The position numbers and the translations under genes were made by a program. A stretch of 64,000 bases of DNA, taken from assembly GCA_963842085.1 (NCBI GenBank), contig CAWJET010000002.1, positions 1,024,001 through 1,088,000 of the forward strand, given 5' to 3'. Of the stretch, positions 38,550 through 49,171 are shown one piece after another (the first letter of the stretch is position 1; the number at the start of each line of letters is the position of its first letter). The DNA is from an uncultured delta proteobacterium. Its GTDB lineage: Bacteria; Desulfobacterota; Binatia; Binatales; Binataceae. The notes under the pieces were generated by a model that ran no database searches, was not told the origin of the DNA, and saw only the letters and a list, made by a program, of their open reading frames with translations.

Positions 38550-39695
38550 TCATTTGGAATTGTCGACGGGTTGGACGTTTTCGCCGTCGCGCGCGGCCTG
38601 GCCCACGTTTACTGCTACCTTATCATTTGGGTTGATGCCGCTTAGGACTTCCACCGTTTGGCCGTTGTCGTAGCCTAATGTTACCTCGGCCAGGTGCAGT
38701 TGATCGTTGCGTACTACCGGGACGTAGACTTTGCCGTCGCGGAATACCAGGGCATCGTCGGGAACCATCGGAGTTCCGGTGCCCATCGCGACCGTGAACT
38801 CGGCGGTGGCGTACATTCCGGGATAGAGCGCGTGATTCTCGTTGACTAGATCGACCTCTACCAGCATCGTGCGCGTGTCGGGGGAGAGCGCGTCGGGATG
38901 GCGCGTGATGGTGCCGGCAAATTTCTGGCCGGGGTAGCCGGCGGCGGTGATCGTCGCGGGATCGCCGTTCTTGATGAAGGGCGCGATGTTCTGGGGCACA
39001 TAAGTGAAGACGCGCAGGGGGGCGAGGCGCGAGACGGTGACGATCGCGCCGGCGCCGGGCGTGCCGGGGGTGGTGTTGGCGGGCACGAGGTGGCCGGGAT
39101 CGATGTAGCGCGCGGTCACGATGCCGTCGAAGGGCGCCGTGATCACTTCGTATTGCTGATTGGCGATGTCCTGTTCGAGGGTGGCCTTCGCCTGGAGCAT
39201 GTTGGCGTGGGATTCATCGGCGATCTGTTGCGCGATGACGTTGGCGCGCAGGAGGGCCTGGTTGCGCTTGTCGGTGATGAGCGCGAGGTTGTAGTTGGCG
39301 CGCGCGTTGGCGACCTGCTGATCGAGCTCAGGCGAAGTAAGGACGGCTAGCAGTTGGCCCTCGTGGATGCGGTCGCCCTTGTCGACCTTGATGGTCTTCA
39401 AGTAGCCGGGAACTTTGGCGTAAATCTCGGTTTCGTCAAAGCCGCGAATGGTCGCCGGCAGCTTGAGATCGCGTGTGGCCGGAGCCTGCAAAACCTGGGT
39501 GACGAGCACGTGCGGGCCGGCCTGGTTTTCATTCTCGAGTTCCGACGTCTGGCGCCCGATCCAGAGCTCGCGGGCGAGCACGAGGCCGGCGGTCGCCACG
39601 AGTACCACCACGATGGCGACGACCCAGCCGGCAAAGAAGGCTTTGCCGGGGGTGGGCACGCTGAAGTTGCGCGGATCGTCTTCCATCTCGGACAT
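38550..39695 (-). CDS. RND efflux periplasmic adaptor (MFP)
   Basis: N-terminal TM, IYAKVPGY..VDKGD, ITAPFDGIV, TRTMLVEV, LYPGMY. Confidence 0.92.
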   Translation of the reverse strand: MSEMEDDPRNFSVPTPGKAFFAGWVVAIVVVLVATAGLVLARELWIGRQTSELENENQAGPHVLVTQVLQAPATRDLKLPATIRGFDETEIYAKVPGYLKTIKVDKGDRIHEGQLLAVLTSPELDQQVANARANYNLALITDKRNQALLRANVIAQQIADESHANMLQAKATLEQDIANQQYEVITAPFDGIVTARYIDPGHLVPANTTPGTPGAGAIVTVSRLAPLRVFTYVPQNIAPFIKNGDPATITAAGYPGQKFAGTITRHPDALSPDTRTMLVEVDLVNENHALYPGMYATAEFTVAMGTGTPMVPDDALVFRDGKVYVPVVRNDQLHLAEVTLGYDNGQTVEVLSGINPNDKVAVNVGQAARDGENVQPVDNSK

Positions 39696-39698
39696 ATA

Positions 39699-42600
39699 TT
39701 ATGCGCCGGGAAGTGTGATTGCTTCGATTTCGAGGTCGCGCTGATGTTTGCCGATCAGGCTGCGGCTGAAGATCGAATAGACGGCAGGCACAACGAACAA
39801 GGTCATCATGGTGGCGGCAAGCAGCCCGCCGATTACGGCGCGCCCGAGCGGAGCATTCTGCTCGGATCCCGCGCCGAGCGACAACGCCATCGGGAGCATC
39901 CCGAGAATCATCGCGAGCGCGGTCATGATGATCGGGCGTAAGCGGATGCGGCCGGCCTCGATGGCGGCGGCGAGCGGGCTGTAGCCTTCCTCGCGCAACT
40001 CGTTGGCGAAAGTGATGAGCAGGTTGCCGTTGGCGACGCCGACGCCGACCGCCATGATCGCGCCCATCAGCGATTCGACGTTGATGGTCGTGCCGGTGAG
40101 CGCGAGCATCCACAGCACGCCGGCGAGCGCGCCCGGCACCGCCATCATGATGATAAAAGGCTCGAGCCACGACTGAAAATTCGCGACCATCAGCAGGTAC
40201 ACCAGGATGATGGCCAGAATCAGACCCTCGCCGAGCGTGAAGAACGAGTCGTGCATCGCCTGGCTCTGGCCGCGGATGACGACGTGGGTGCCGGCGGGCA
40301 GCGGGCCGAGGTTGGCGATCTCGTGCTGCACCGCCGAGGTCACGCTGCCGAGGTCGCGGCCCTGCACGCCGGCATCAACGTCGATAACGCGCTGCACGGT
40401 ATAGTGCGCAACGACCGCGGGATCCCATCCGTGGGTGATGGTGCCGAGGTTGCCGAGGAGCTGAGCCTGGCCCTGCGCGCCGGCGGCGGAGGCGGGCGTG
40501 CTAAGTGGGATGTTCGACAGCGTCGCGACGGAGTCGATCAGATGCTGCGGCGCCTGCGAGACGACGTTGTAATTCACTCCCGATTTCGGATCGAGCCAGA
40601 AGTTGGGCTGCAACAGCGACGCGCCGGACAGCGTGGCCAGCATGCTCGAGGCCACCTGCTGCTGCGTGATGCCGAGTTCGAGCGCCTTGTCGCGATCGAC
40701 ATTGACGCCGAAGGTCGGATAGTCCTGCGGCTCGGCGATCCTGAGATCGCTGAGGCCGGGAATCAGCCGCATCCGCTCCTGGAGGCGCAGCGCGATGTCA
40801 TAGTCGGTCTCTAGGTTGTTGCCGTTAATCTGCGCGTCGATGGCGGCGGGCAGGCCGAAGTTCAGCACCTGGCTGACGATATCGGCGGCCTGAAAGTAGG
40901 CGGTGATATTTGGGAATTGGCGCGCGAGCAACTCGCGAATTTTCTGTTGGTACATCGCGGTCGGCTGATGGTTGGCCTTCAACTGGATCAGCACGTCGGC
41001 ATCCTGCGGCCCGATCGAGTCGGTATGATAAAACGCCAAATCGTACGAGAGCGGGAGGCCGATGTTGTCGCTGATGCCTTCGAGCTCATCGGCGGGCACG
41101 ACGGTGCGAATCGCGCGCTCGACGCTGTCGACCATGTACTCGCTGTGTTCGACGCGGGTCCCGGTCGGCATCCGCACGTGCAGGCTCATCATGCCGGCGT
41201 CGACGCGGGGAAAGAAATCCTCGCCCACGATCAACAGCATTGCTGACGAGGACAGAATCAGGATAGCGACGCAGGCGAGCGAGAAATTGCGGCGTGCGAT
41301 GAACCTGGCAAGTGCGAAGCGATAGCGATGCTTGAGCCGCTCGAAGCGCGCGTCGAAGGCGCCGACGATGCGCGCCCATCTGCCAGTGCCGAGGTGCTCC
41401 GCGTGGGTATCAGGCAGCAGCAGGCGCGCCATGGTAGGGACCAGCGTGCGCGACAGCAGGTAGGAGGTGAGCATCGCGAACACCACTGCCAGCGCCAGCG
41501 GGGTGAACAGGAATCGCGCGACGCCGGTCAGCAACACGACCGGGAAAAAGACGATGCAGATGGCGAGCGTGCCGATAAAGGTGGGCCCGGCGATCTGCGA
41601 CGCGCCGTCGAGAATCGCAACCAGCAGCGGCTTTTGCATCGCGTGGTTGCGGTGAATGTTTTCGACTTCGACGGTGGCATCATCGACCAGCATCCCGACC
41701 GCCAGCGCGATGCCGCCGAGCGTCATCGTGTTGATGGTCTGGCCGGTGAGCTTGAGGCCGATGATGGCGGTGAGAATCGAGAGCGGAATCGAGGTGATGA
41801 CGATGAGCATGCTGCGCGGCGAGCCGAGGAACAAAAGCACCATGATCGCAACCAGGAGTGCGGCGGTGACGGCTTCCTGCACGACGTCGCGCAGGGCGGC
41901 GCGCACGAATTGCGACTGGTCGAACGTGAGCATCACGTTCAGGCCCTTGGGCGCGGTGGCGCGGATCTCGGGCAGTTTTTTCTTGACCGCATCGACGACC
42001 GTCAGGGTGGAAGCGTCGGCGTGCTTGACCACGAGCAGATAGGTGGCCTGCTGCCCGTTGAAGCGCACGACGTTGGTTTCGGGCTGATGCGAGTCGGTGA
42101 CGGGCGCGACGTCGCCGAGGAACACCGGCGCGCCGTTGTAATACTTGATCGGCAGCTTGTTGAAGTCGGAGACCTTCGGCACCGACATGTTCAGGTCGAC
42201 GTTGTATTCATAATTCCCCATCTTGGCGGTACCCGACGGGATGACGACGTTGGTCGAGGCGAGGGCGTTGCCGATGTCGTAGGCGGACAGCCCGTTGGCG
42301 TAGAGCGCGGTCGGATCGAGGTTGGCCATCACCGCGCGTTGCACGCCGCCAAGCGGAGCGGGCGATGAAAAGCCGGGAATCGTGAAGAGCTGGATACGGA
42401 TGAAGTTGAGGCCGTAGTCGAAGAGCTTGGCGGTAGATAGAACGTCGCTGTAGATGTTGAGCTGCGCGACCGGAACGTTGCTGGCGTTGTACGAAATGAT
42501 CTGCGGCGGCTGCACGCCGCGCGGCAGGATGCTCAGGATTGTCTCGGAGACGGCGTTCATCTGCGCGATCGAGGCGCCGATATCAGTGCCGGGATAAAAG

Positions 42601-42884
42601 TAGACCTTGAGGATGCCGATGCCGTTGATGGATTCGGATTCGATATGCTCGATGCCGTTGACGGTGGTCGAGTAGGCGCGCTCGGAGATGAAGACCATGC
42701 GGCGCTCGACGTCGAAGGCGGACAGGCCCGGGTAATTCCAGACGACCAGGACGACGGGCAGATCGATGGAGGGGAAGATGTCCACGTTCATGAGGCCGAA
42801 GCTCAGCACTCCGAGCACCAGCATCAGCAGCGACATCACGGCCACGGAGAGCGGCCGGCGAAGCGCGAGGCGGACGATCCACAT
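39699..42884 (-). CDS. RND efflux permease (AcrB/CzcA family)
   Basis: 1061 aa; GMLVDDA..EVENI, RLRPIIMT. Confidence 0.95.
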   Translation of the reverse strand: MWIVRLALRRPLSVAVMSLLMLVLGVLSFGLMNVDIFPSIDLPVVLVVWNYPGLSAFDVERRMVFISERAYSTTVNGIEHIESESINGIGILKVYFYPGTDIGASIAQMNAVSETILSILPRGVQPPQIISYNASNVPVAQLNIYSDVLSTAKLFDYGLNFIRIQLFTIPGFSSPAPLGGVQRAVMANLDPTALYANGLSAYDIGNALASTNVVIPSGTAKMGNYEYNVDLNMSVPKVSDFNKLPIKYYNGAPVFLGDVAPVTDSHQPETNVVRFNGQQATYLLVVKHADASTLTVVDAVKKKLPEIRATAPKGLNVMLTFDQSQFVRAALRDVVQEAVTAALLVAIMVLLFLGSPRSMLIVITSIPLSILTAIIGLKLTGQTINTMTLGGIALAVGMLVDDATVEVENIHRNHAMQKPLLVAILDGASQIAGPTFIGTLAICIVFFPVVLLTGVARFLFTPLALAVVFAMLTSYLLSRTLVPTMARLLLPDTHAEHLGTGRWARIVGAFDARFERLKHRYRFALARFIARRNFSLACVAILILSSSAMLLIVGEDFFPRVDAGMMSLHVRMPTGTRVEHSEYMVDSVERAIRTVVPADELEGISDNIGLPLSYDLAFYHTDSIGPQDADVLIQLKANHQPTAMYQQKIRELLARQFPNITAYFQAADIVSQVLNFGLPAAIDAQINGNNLETDYDIALRLQERMRLIPGLSDLRIAEPQDYPTFGVNVDRDKALELGITQQQVASSMLATLSGASLLQPNFWLDPKSGVNYNVVSQAPQHLIDSVATLSNIPLSTPASAAGAQGQAQLLGNLGTITHGWDPAVVAHYTVQRVIDVDAGVQGRDLGSVTSAVQHEIANLGPLPAGTHVVIRGQSQAMHDSFFTLGEGLILAIILVYLLMVANFQSWLEPFIIMMAVPGALAGVLWMLALTGTTINVESLMGAIMAVGVGVANGNLLITFANELREEGYSPLAAAIEAGRIRLRPIIMTALAMILGMLPMALSLGAGSEQNAPLGRAVIGGLLAATMMTLFVVPAVYSIFSRSLIGKHQRDLEIEAITLPGA

Positions 42885-43369
42885 AAGCTGTGCCGAAGAC
42901 CGTGCTTAAGTTCGCGGTCGTGGAAACGGCGACCGAGGGTTACACATAACTAACGAGTGCATTTTTCAAAATAAGGGACAGCGTCGGGCAAGGCAAGTTT
43001 GCGCGGATGAACGGAGCGTCGCAGGGAGTCAGTGGTCGCGGGGCAGGGTGAATGAGCGAGCGCTAGAGGGCACCGGGGCCACGCATTCCCCTTCGCAACG
43101 GCCTGTTGAATCGCGCCTCGACAGCTGACGAGATTGTCTATCTCCGCGAGCACTCCGGTTATTGACGGCACGTAACGCTCGAACCCGCGGGCCGTAGGCG
43201 AGCCCCGCCGTCTCGAAGACCAGCCTGCGAAGTCGGTTCGCGAATAAGCGCTGCGAGCGCATTGTGCTCGGCGAGAGTGCGAGAGAGCGGTGCTAAGCGC
43301 TCGCCTCAAAATACAAAACGGGTAGGCTTAAAATTGGAAGGTCTCCAATCATCGACAAGGAGGTAAACC

Positions 43370-44107
43370 ATGAAGATCGTTATCATCGGTGGTACCGGCC
43401 TGATTGGCTCGAAGACTGTCCCCATTCTGCGCCAAGGCGGTCACGAGGTCGTCGCCGCCTCACCCAAAAGCGGCGTAAACACCATCACCGGCGAGGGGCT
43501 CAAAGAGGCCTTGGCCGGCGTGCAGGTGGTGATCGACCTCGCCAATTCGCCCTCATTTGAAGACAAGGCGGTGCTGGAATTCTTCGAGACCTCCGGCCGC
43601 AACCTTCACGCGGCGGAGGCCGCAGCCGGCGTCCGGCACCATGTCGCGCTATCCATCGTCGGAATCGACCGGACCGACAATGGCTATTTCCGCGCCAAGG
43701 TCGCCCAGGAGAAACTGATCGAGACCTCCGGCATCCCCTACACCATCATCCGCTCGACCCAGTTCCTGGAATTCCTCGGCGGCATCGCTGCTTCAAGTGC
43801 GGATAGAAACACGGTCAGGCTTTCGCCCGGCCTGTTCCAGCCCATCGCGGCGGACGACGTTGCTGCCATCGTCGCCGATGTGGCGCTCGCGGCGCCGCGA
43901 AACGGTATCGTCGAGATCGCTGGCCCTGAACGAGCACCGTTCAACGAAATCGTCGCCTGCTATCTGAAGGCGGTCGGCGACGCGCGCGAGGTCGTGAGGG
44001 ACCCCGAGGCCCGATACTTCGGCGGCCGAGTCGAGGAGCGCTCGCTGGTGCCATTGGGCGAGGCGCGCCTCGGCCGCATCACTTTCGACGAATGGCTCCG
44101 CCGCTGA
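43370..44107 (+). CDS. NmrA/SDR-like NAD(P)-binding protein
   Basis: GGTGLIG, YFRAK; AAGGAGG RBS. Confidence 0.88.
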   Translation: MKIVIIGGTGLIGSKTVPILRQGGHEVVAASPKSGVNTITGEGLKEALAGVQVVIDLANSPSFEDKAVLEFFETSGRNLHAAEAAAGVRHHVALSIVGIDRTDNGYFRAKVAQEKLIETSGIPYTIIRSTQFLEFLGGIAASSADRNTVRLSPGLFQPIAADDVAAIVADVALAAPRNGIVEIAGPERAPFNEIVACYLKAVGDAREVVRDPEARYFGGRVEERSLVPLGEARLGRITFDEWLRR

Positions 44108-44380
44108 GAGCCAGGAGCCTGATCCCGCGTCCGCGCCCCCTGGCGACGCGTGTTCCTCGACGGCTAGGGTGGGGGGCAAGGCGGACAGAGAGGGTACCGC
44201 ACAACATCGCGCAGGGTGCCTCGCGGTTGTGAATTAACGGAGGATCGCGCCAATGCCTGATGGAAGCTCGGCTGAGTCCGCTGGCAAATCCCTCCGCGAA
44301 CCGGCGCCATCTGCACCGACGGCGGAGGCCGATGCGCCAATCGCGCACGCTCCAACTGGAAGCAGTTTCAAAGGCGGCAG

Positions 44381-45760
44381 TTGTGGATGTGGATTGCCGG
44401 CGGTGTGCTTCTCCTTTTGGCGCTATACGAGGCCATCCCGTGGGCCATCACTGCCTTCAGAACAGAATCGACAGACGACGCCTACGTTAACGAACACGTG
44501 ACGTTTGTGGCGCCGCGGGTGCCTGGTCAAGTCGTGCGTGTGCTGGTGGACGACAACAATCGGGTGCGGAAGGGGGCGCTACTCGTACAGCTTGACAAGG
44601 AGCCGTACCAGGTCAAGGTCGAAATCGCGCAAGCTGCGCTGTCGGTTGCGCAGGCCGGCATTGTCACAGCACAAGCGAAAGTTCGGGGCCTTGAGAGTCT
44701 TGCGCGCAGCCAACGGTTCGATCTGGCAAATGCTGTGCACAACCTCAACAACCAGGTCGCCGACCTGCACTCCAAAGTAGACGCCCTTCAAGCCGCGAAT
44801 GCCACCTTGATCAAGACCCAAGCCGACTTCGGGCGGGAGAAGCAGCTGTACCAACAGCAGGTTATATCAAGACAGGAGTTCGATTCGTTCCAGGAAGCCT
44901 TTTCGGTTGCTCAGGCACAGCAACAGCAGGCTCAGCATGATGTCGCGCAGGTTCGCGCTGAACTTGGGCTGCCACCGACGCCTAAGAACGGCGATGAGCT
45001 GAGCGGCATACCGGCGAATCTCAACCAAAATTATTCGGCGGTCAAGGCTGCCCAGTCGCGACTCATGCAGACTGCGGCCGAGCTCGGGGTTTTTCACTCA
45101 TTCAAGGAGACTCCCGACGAGATGCTCGCCGAGTTCTACAAGCGCGACTCGTCCGGCAATATCGATGCGATCTTCGATGAGATTTCCAAGAATGCACCCG
45201 ACGTCAAGCAGGCTGAGGCCAAGTTAAATGAGGCCCAAGCCAATCTCCATCAGGCCGAGCTGAACCTTTCCTATTGCGATGTCGTGGCCGAGATTGACGG
45301 TGTCGTGACGCGTCGCAGCGTCAACCCAGGCGATCAGGTTATCGCCGGGCAGGGGCTGATGGCGTTGCGATCTCTCACCGATATTTGGGTCGACGCCAAC
45401 TTCAAGGAGACGCAACTGAGGAATCTGCGCATCGGACAACCGGTCGAGCTCGACGTCGACATGTACGGCAGTCACCGGCATTTTCAGGGTCGGGTTTCCG
45501 GATTCACGATGGGAACCGGATCTACGCTGGCGCTATTGCCGGCCGAGAATGCGACCGGAAACTTCGTCAAGGTTGTGCAGCGGCTACCGGTGCGAATCGA
45601 ATTGACCAACTACAATCCTGACGTTGCTCCGCTGTTCATTGGGTTATCGGTCACTCCGTACGTGTACATCTACGAGAAGCCTACCGGTCCGAACGCTGGC
45701 AAGATGCTTCAAGCCTCAGTATCCGCGACTGGTCCAGTTTCTGCGCCCGCCATTCAATGA
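44381..45760 (+). CDS. EmrA/HlyD family secretion protein (N-terminus may be frameshifted from ATG 44253)
   Basis: STDDAYV, WVDANFKETQL, LLPAENATGNFVKVVQRLPVRI. Confidence 0.88.
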   Translation: MWMWIAGGVLLLLALYEAIPWAITAFRTESTDDAYVNEHVTFVAPRVPGQVVRVLVDDNNRVRKGALLVQLDKEPYQVKVEIAQAALSVAQAGIVTAQAKVRGLESLARSQRFDLANAVHNLNNQVADLHSKVDALQAANATLIKTQADFGREKQLYQQQVISRQEFDSFQEAFSVAQAQQQQAQHDVAQVRAELGLPPTPKNGDELSGIPANLNQNYSAVKAAQSRLMQTAAELGVFHSFKETPDEMLAEFYKRDSSGNIDAIFDEISKNAPDVKQAEAKLNEAQANLHQAELNLSYCDVVAEIDGVVTRRSVNPGDQVIAGQGLMALRSLTDIWVDANFKETQLRNLRIGQPVELDVDMYGSHRHFQGRVSGFTMGTGSTLALLPAENATGNFVKVVQRLPVRIELTNYNPDVAPLFIGLSVTPYVYIYEKPTGPNAGKMLQASVSATGPVSAPAIQ

Positions 45761-47364
45761 GTGCCGCAACGCTCCAGGTTCCGCTCGCGAGGCGATCGGT
45801 CAATCCGTGGCTGATAGCGTTTGCTGTGGTAATCCCGACCTTCATGGAGGTTCTGGATACCACCATCGCGAATGTTTCCTTGCGTTATATTGCCGGCGGC
45901 TTGTCGGCTGCCAATGTAGACAGCGAGTGGGTCATCACCACTTACCTCGCATCGAATGCGATCGTCCTGCCGATTTCGGGATGGCTCGCGCTGCGGCTCG
46001 GCAGGCGAAACTATTTCCTGCTCTCGATAGCGATCTTTACGTTGGCGTCCGCGTTGTGCGGAATGGCCGGAAGCCTTGGTTTCATAATCGCATCGCGAGC
46101 GCTTCAGGGTGTGGCGGGCGGCGGTCTCCAACCCTCGAGCCAGGCCGTGCTGCTGGATGCGTTCCCGCAAGAGAAACAGGGTCAGGCGATGACGATCTTT
46201 GGCATGGCTGCACTTCTTGCGCCGGTTGTGGGGCCGACGCTCGGCGGCTATATCACCGACAACTACGGCTGGCGCTGGATCTTCTATCTGAACGTGCCCG
46301 TCGGCCTGTTGGCCTATTTCATGTGCCACGCGCTGGTCGAAGATCCGGAATATCTACAAGTTGAACGGGCCAAGAATCGGAATCGACGCGAACCCTTCGA
46401 TGTGCTCGGCCTCTGTCTGCTAACTGTGACCATGGTTTGCTGGGAGGTGATGCTGAGCAAGGGGCAGGAGTGGGACTGGCTCGGCGATCCGTTCTATCGC
46501 GTGCAGGGGCTGTCGATCCTGTTCTTGCTCGGCTTGGGCGGCTTGATCTATCGCGAATTGCCGCTGCGCAATCCACTAGTGGCGCTCCGGACGATGGCCG
46601 ACCGAAACTTTGGCACCTGCTGCGTTATTATCTTCTGCGCTTACGGAGTACTCTACGCAAACACCATTTCGCTTCCCGCTTTGCTGCAGTCGCTTTTTGG
46701 CTACGACGCAACCACCTCGGGTTTGGTGCTTTCGCCATCGGGGATCTTTGCGATCGTCATGCTCGTCGTCGTGGGCGCCCTGCTGTCGCGCGGGGTCGAT
46801 GCCCGCTATCTAATGGCCGGCGGTCTAATCACGATGGCCATCGGAAACTACTGGATGGCACTCCTCAACCTGGATATCAGTCCGTGGCAGGTGGTTTGGC
46901 CGAGGGTGGTGGTCATCGCCGGACTCTCGATGCTATTCGCGCCACTTAACGTGGCGGCGTTTATCTATCTCCCGAAGGAAATCCGCGGCGCTGCCGTCGG
47001 ATTGCTGGCTTTGCTGCGCAACGAGGGTGGCAGTGTGGGGACCTCTGTCGCCCAAATCATTCAGCAACGACGCGAGCAGTTTCATACCCTGCGGCTGAAT
47101 GAAAGCCTCGATCCCCTGAACCCTCCGGTCAACTCTCTCTTGGCACGGGGCCAGGCATATTTTCTGCCGCACAACGGCGATGCTGTATTGTCACATCAAA
47201 TGGCGTTGGGCGTTCTCGACCAGTCGCGAGCTCAGCAGGCGTCGGCATTGGCTTACTTTGACGTGTTCTCGTTTTCAGCTGCAGTCGCGGTTCTGTTGGT
47301 GGCGTTCGTTCTGCTCATGCGCCGCTCGGTAGCGGAGAAGGGAGCCCACATCGGCGGGGAGTAG
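45757..47364 (+). CDS. DHA2 (EmrB/QacA) MFS efflux permease
   Basis: FMEVLDTTIANV, GPTLGG.ITD..WRWIFYLNVPVG. Confidence 0.93.
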   Translation: MSAATLQVPLARRSVNPWLIAFAVVIPTFMEVLDTTIANVSLRYIAGGLSAANVDSEWVITTYLASNAIVLPISGWLALRLGRRNYFLLSIAIFTLASALCGMAGSLGFIIASRALQGVAGGGLQPSSQAVLLDAFPQEKQGQAMTIFGMAALLAPVVGPTLGGYITDNYGWRWIFYLNVPVGLLAYFMCHALVEDPEYLQVERAKNRNRREPFDVLGLCLLTVTMVCWEVMLSKGQEWDWLGDPFYRVQGLSILFLLGLGGLIYRELPLRNPLVALRTMADRNFGTCCVIIFCAYGVLYANTISLPALLQSLFGYDATTSGLVLSPSGIFAIVMLVVVGALLSRGVDARYLMAGGLITMAIGNYWMALLNLDISPWQVVWPRVVVIAGLSMLFAPLNVAAFIYLPKEIRGAAVGLLALLRNEGGSVGTSVAQIIQQRREQFHTLRLNESLDPLNPPVNSLLARGQAYFLPHNGDAVLSHQMALGVLDQSRAQQASALAYFDVFSFSAAVAVLLVAFVLLMRRSVAEKGAHIGGE

Positions 47365-47456
47365 CTAGTTTCGTTCAGGCCGGCATGACCCACCACCCGC
47401 CGTCATCGGGGGGTGCACCGGTCGCCTTCGGGCGTGATCAGGAACACACTAAAGCC

Positions 47457-47842
47457 ATGACAATCGAACTTCAGATGCTCGCGCTCAGCGCCGCTCTCGG
47501 CTTGGTGCAAATCCTCCTGAGTTCGCACACTGCTAGCTTCCAGTACGGATACCGATGGGCAGCCAGCGCACGCGATCAAGTCCCGCCGCTGACCGGCATT
47601 GCAGCACGGCTCGAACGCGCCCTGCGCAATTTCCTGGAAACCTTTCCGATGTTCGTCGCGGTGATCCTGGTTGCCAACGTCATCGGCGCCACAGCCGCAT
47701 GACCGTGTGGGGCGCGCAACTGTATTTCTGGGGCCGTGTGGCCTATGTGCCGCTATACGCCTTCGGCATCCCGCTGGTCCGTTCGATGGCCTGGAGCGTC
47801 GCGACTGTCGGCATTATCTTTGTCCTGCTCGGCCTGATGTAG
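47457..47842 (+). pseudogene. MAPEG-family protein, frameshifted near 47688
   Basis: Frame 1 RLERALRNFLETFP.F; frame 2 LYFWGRVAYVPLY..GIP.VRS. Confidence 0.8.
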
Positions 47843-48032
47843 AATGGCCCACATCGGCGGAGAGTAAGCCGGACCGCGTCAGGCGCAGTCCGAACTCACG
47901 CGATTAACCGAAAAGACCGCGCTCTTCCACAGCTCTGGCTAAGTCTACGACCGAAAGACCATAGTCGGTCGGGAATGTTATAACGCCAGACCGCGGCATA
48001 CTCAGCTCGGCGGGAAATTCCGGCTTGGACGT

Positions 48033-48974
48033 TCAGCTTGCCCTGGGAATGAACCCCGGAATGCCCGTGTTCACAACCGGATTGAGCCTGACTCGCGTAG
48101 TGATCCCTTGGGTGATCTCCTCGATGGCGTCATCGGGAAGAGTCGAGATATCAAAATTTTCCTCGATGTAGCGGGCGTTCATAGCTGTGGTGAGAGGAGC
48201 CGTGCCGCGCTGCAGCGCCCAGGCCAGCAGGACTTGAGCGGGGGTTTTGTTGACGCGCTTCGCAATGACGGTGATCACAGGATTGTCGATCAACTTGGGT
48301 TCAATACCATGACCCAAAGCAGCGAAGGCCTGCATCACGATGCCATTCCTCTTGCAGTAGTCGAGCAGATCCCATTCCGGGAGATACGGATGGGATTCGA
48401 CCTGAACAGAAGCTGGCTTTACGCGAGCGATCTCGAACACCTCTTTCAGCTGTCCCAAATTGACGTTCGATAATCCGATCGCCTTGCACCGACCTTCGTC
48501 GACCAGGCTCTCCAAAGCCTTCCAGGTATTCGTCAGAGTCACCCCATCGTCATAAATCACATTGCCATTCTTGTCTCTCGGGTCTTGCTCGTCGCCGGGT
48601 TTGAAAGCGAATGGAGTATGGATGCTGTATAGATCGACATAGTCCAGTTGCAGTCTTTTCAGACTTGCCTCGAAGGCGGGCTTAACGCGTTCGGGGCGAT
48701 GATTGTTGTTCCAGAGCTTCGTACCTACAAAAACGTCCTTCCGTTTGACCTTGCCCTCCTTGAACACCGCCCGCATTGCTTCGCCCACGTGTTCTTCATT
48801 TCGGTAGCGTTCGGCGCAATCGAATTGACGAAAGCCCGTCTCCAGAGAGATCCTAACTGCCTCTTTTGTTGCGATCGGATCAGGAATCAGCGTGCCAAAC
48901 CCGAGCGCCGGAATCTCATCGGAGCCGTTATTGAGCGGTATCTTTGTATAACGAAGGCCGTCGGCGTCACTCAT
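48033..48974 (-). CDS. Aldo/keto reductase
   Basis: LGFGT, DCAERY.NE, TKLW, DYVDLY.IH.P, IGLSN, QVESHPY; GGAGG RBS. Confidence 0.92.
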   Translation of the reverse strand: MSDADGLRYTKIPLNNGSDEIPALGFGTLIPDPIATKEAVRISLETGFRQFDCAERYRNEEHVGEAMRAVFKEGKVKRKDVFVGTKLWNNNHRPERVKPAFEASLKRLQLDYVDLYSIHTPFAFKPGDEQDPRDKNGNVIYDDGVTLTNTWKALESLVDEGRCKAIGLSNVNLGQLKEVFEIARVKPASVQVESHPYLPEWDLLDYCKRNGIVMQAFAALGHGIEPKLIDNPVITVIAKRVNKTPAQVLLAWALQRGTAPLTTAMNARYIEENFDISTLPDDAIEEITQGITTRVRLNPVVNTGIPGFIPRAS

Positions 48975-49171
48975 AAAACCCTTACCTCCGTACAAATCGT
49001 AGACTGAGTCGATTATAACAAATCTCTCCGAGGAATGACCAATCGTTGCCAGCCAACGAGACTCAGCACGCTCCACGATCGTTGGTCCCGGCCGGGAGCC
49101 TGACGATCGACACGGGAAGGTCTTCGCGCTCCGGATCCGCGATCCTTTTGTTCGATTTCTGCGTCCGTAGA

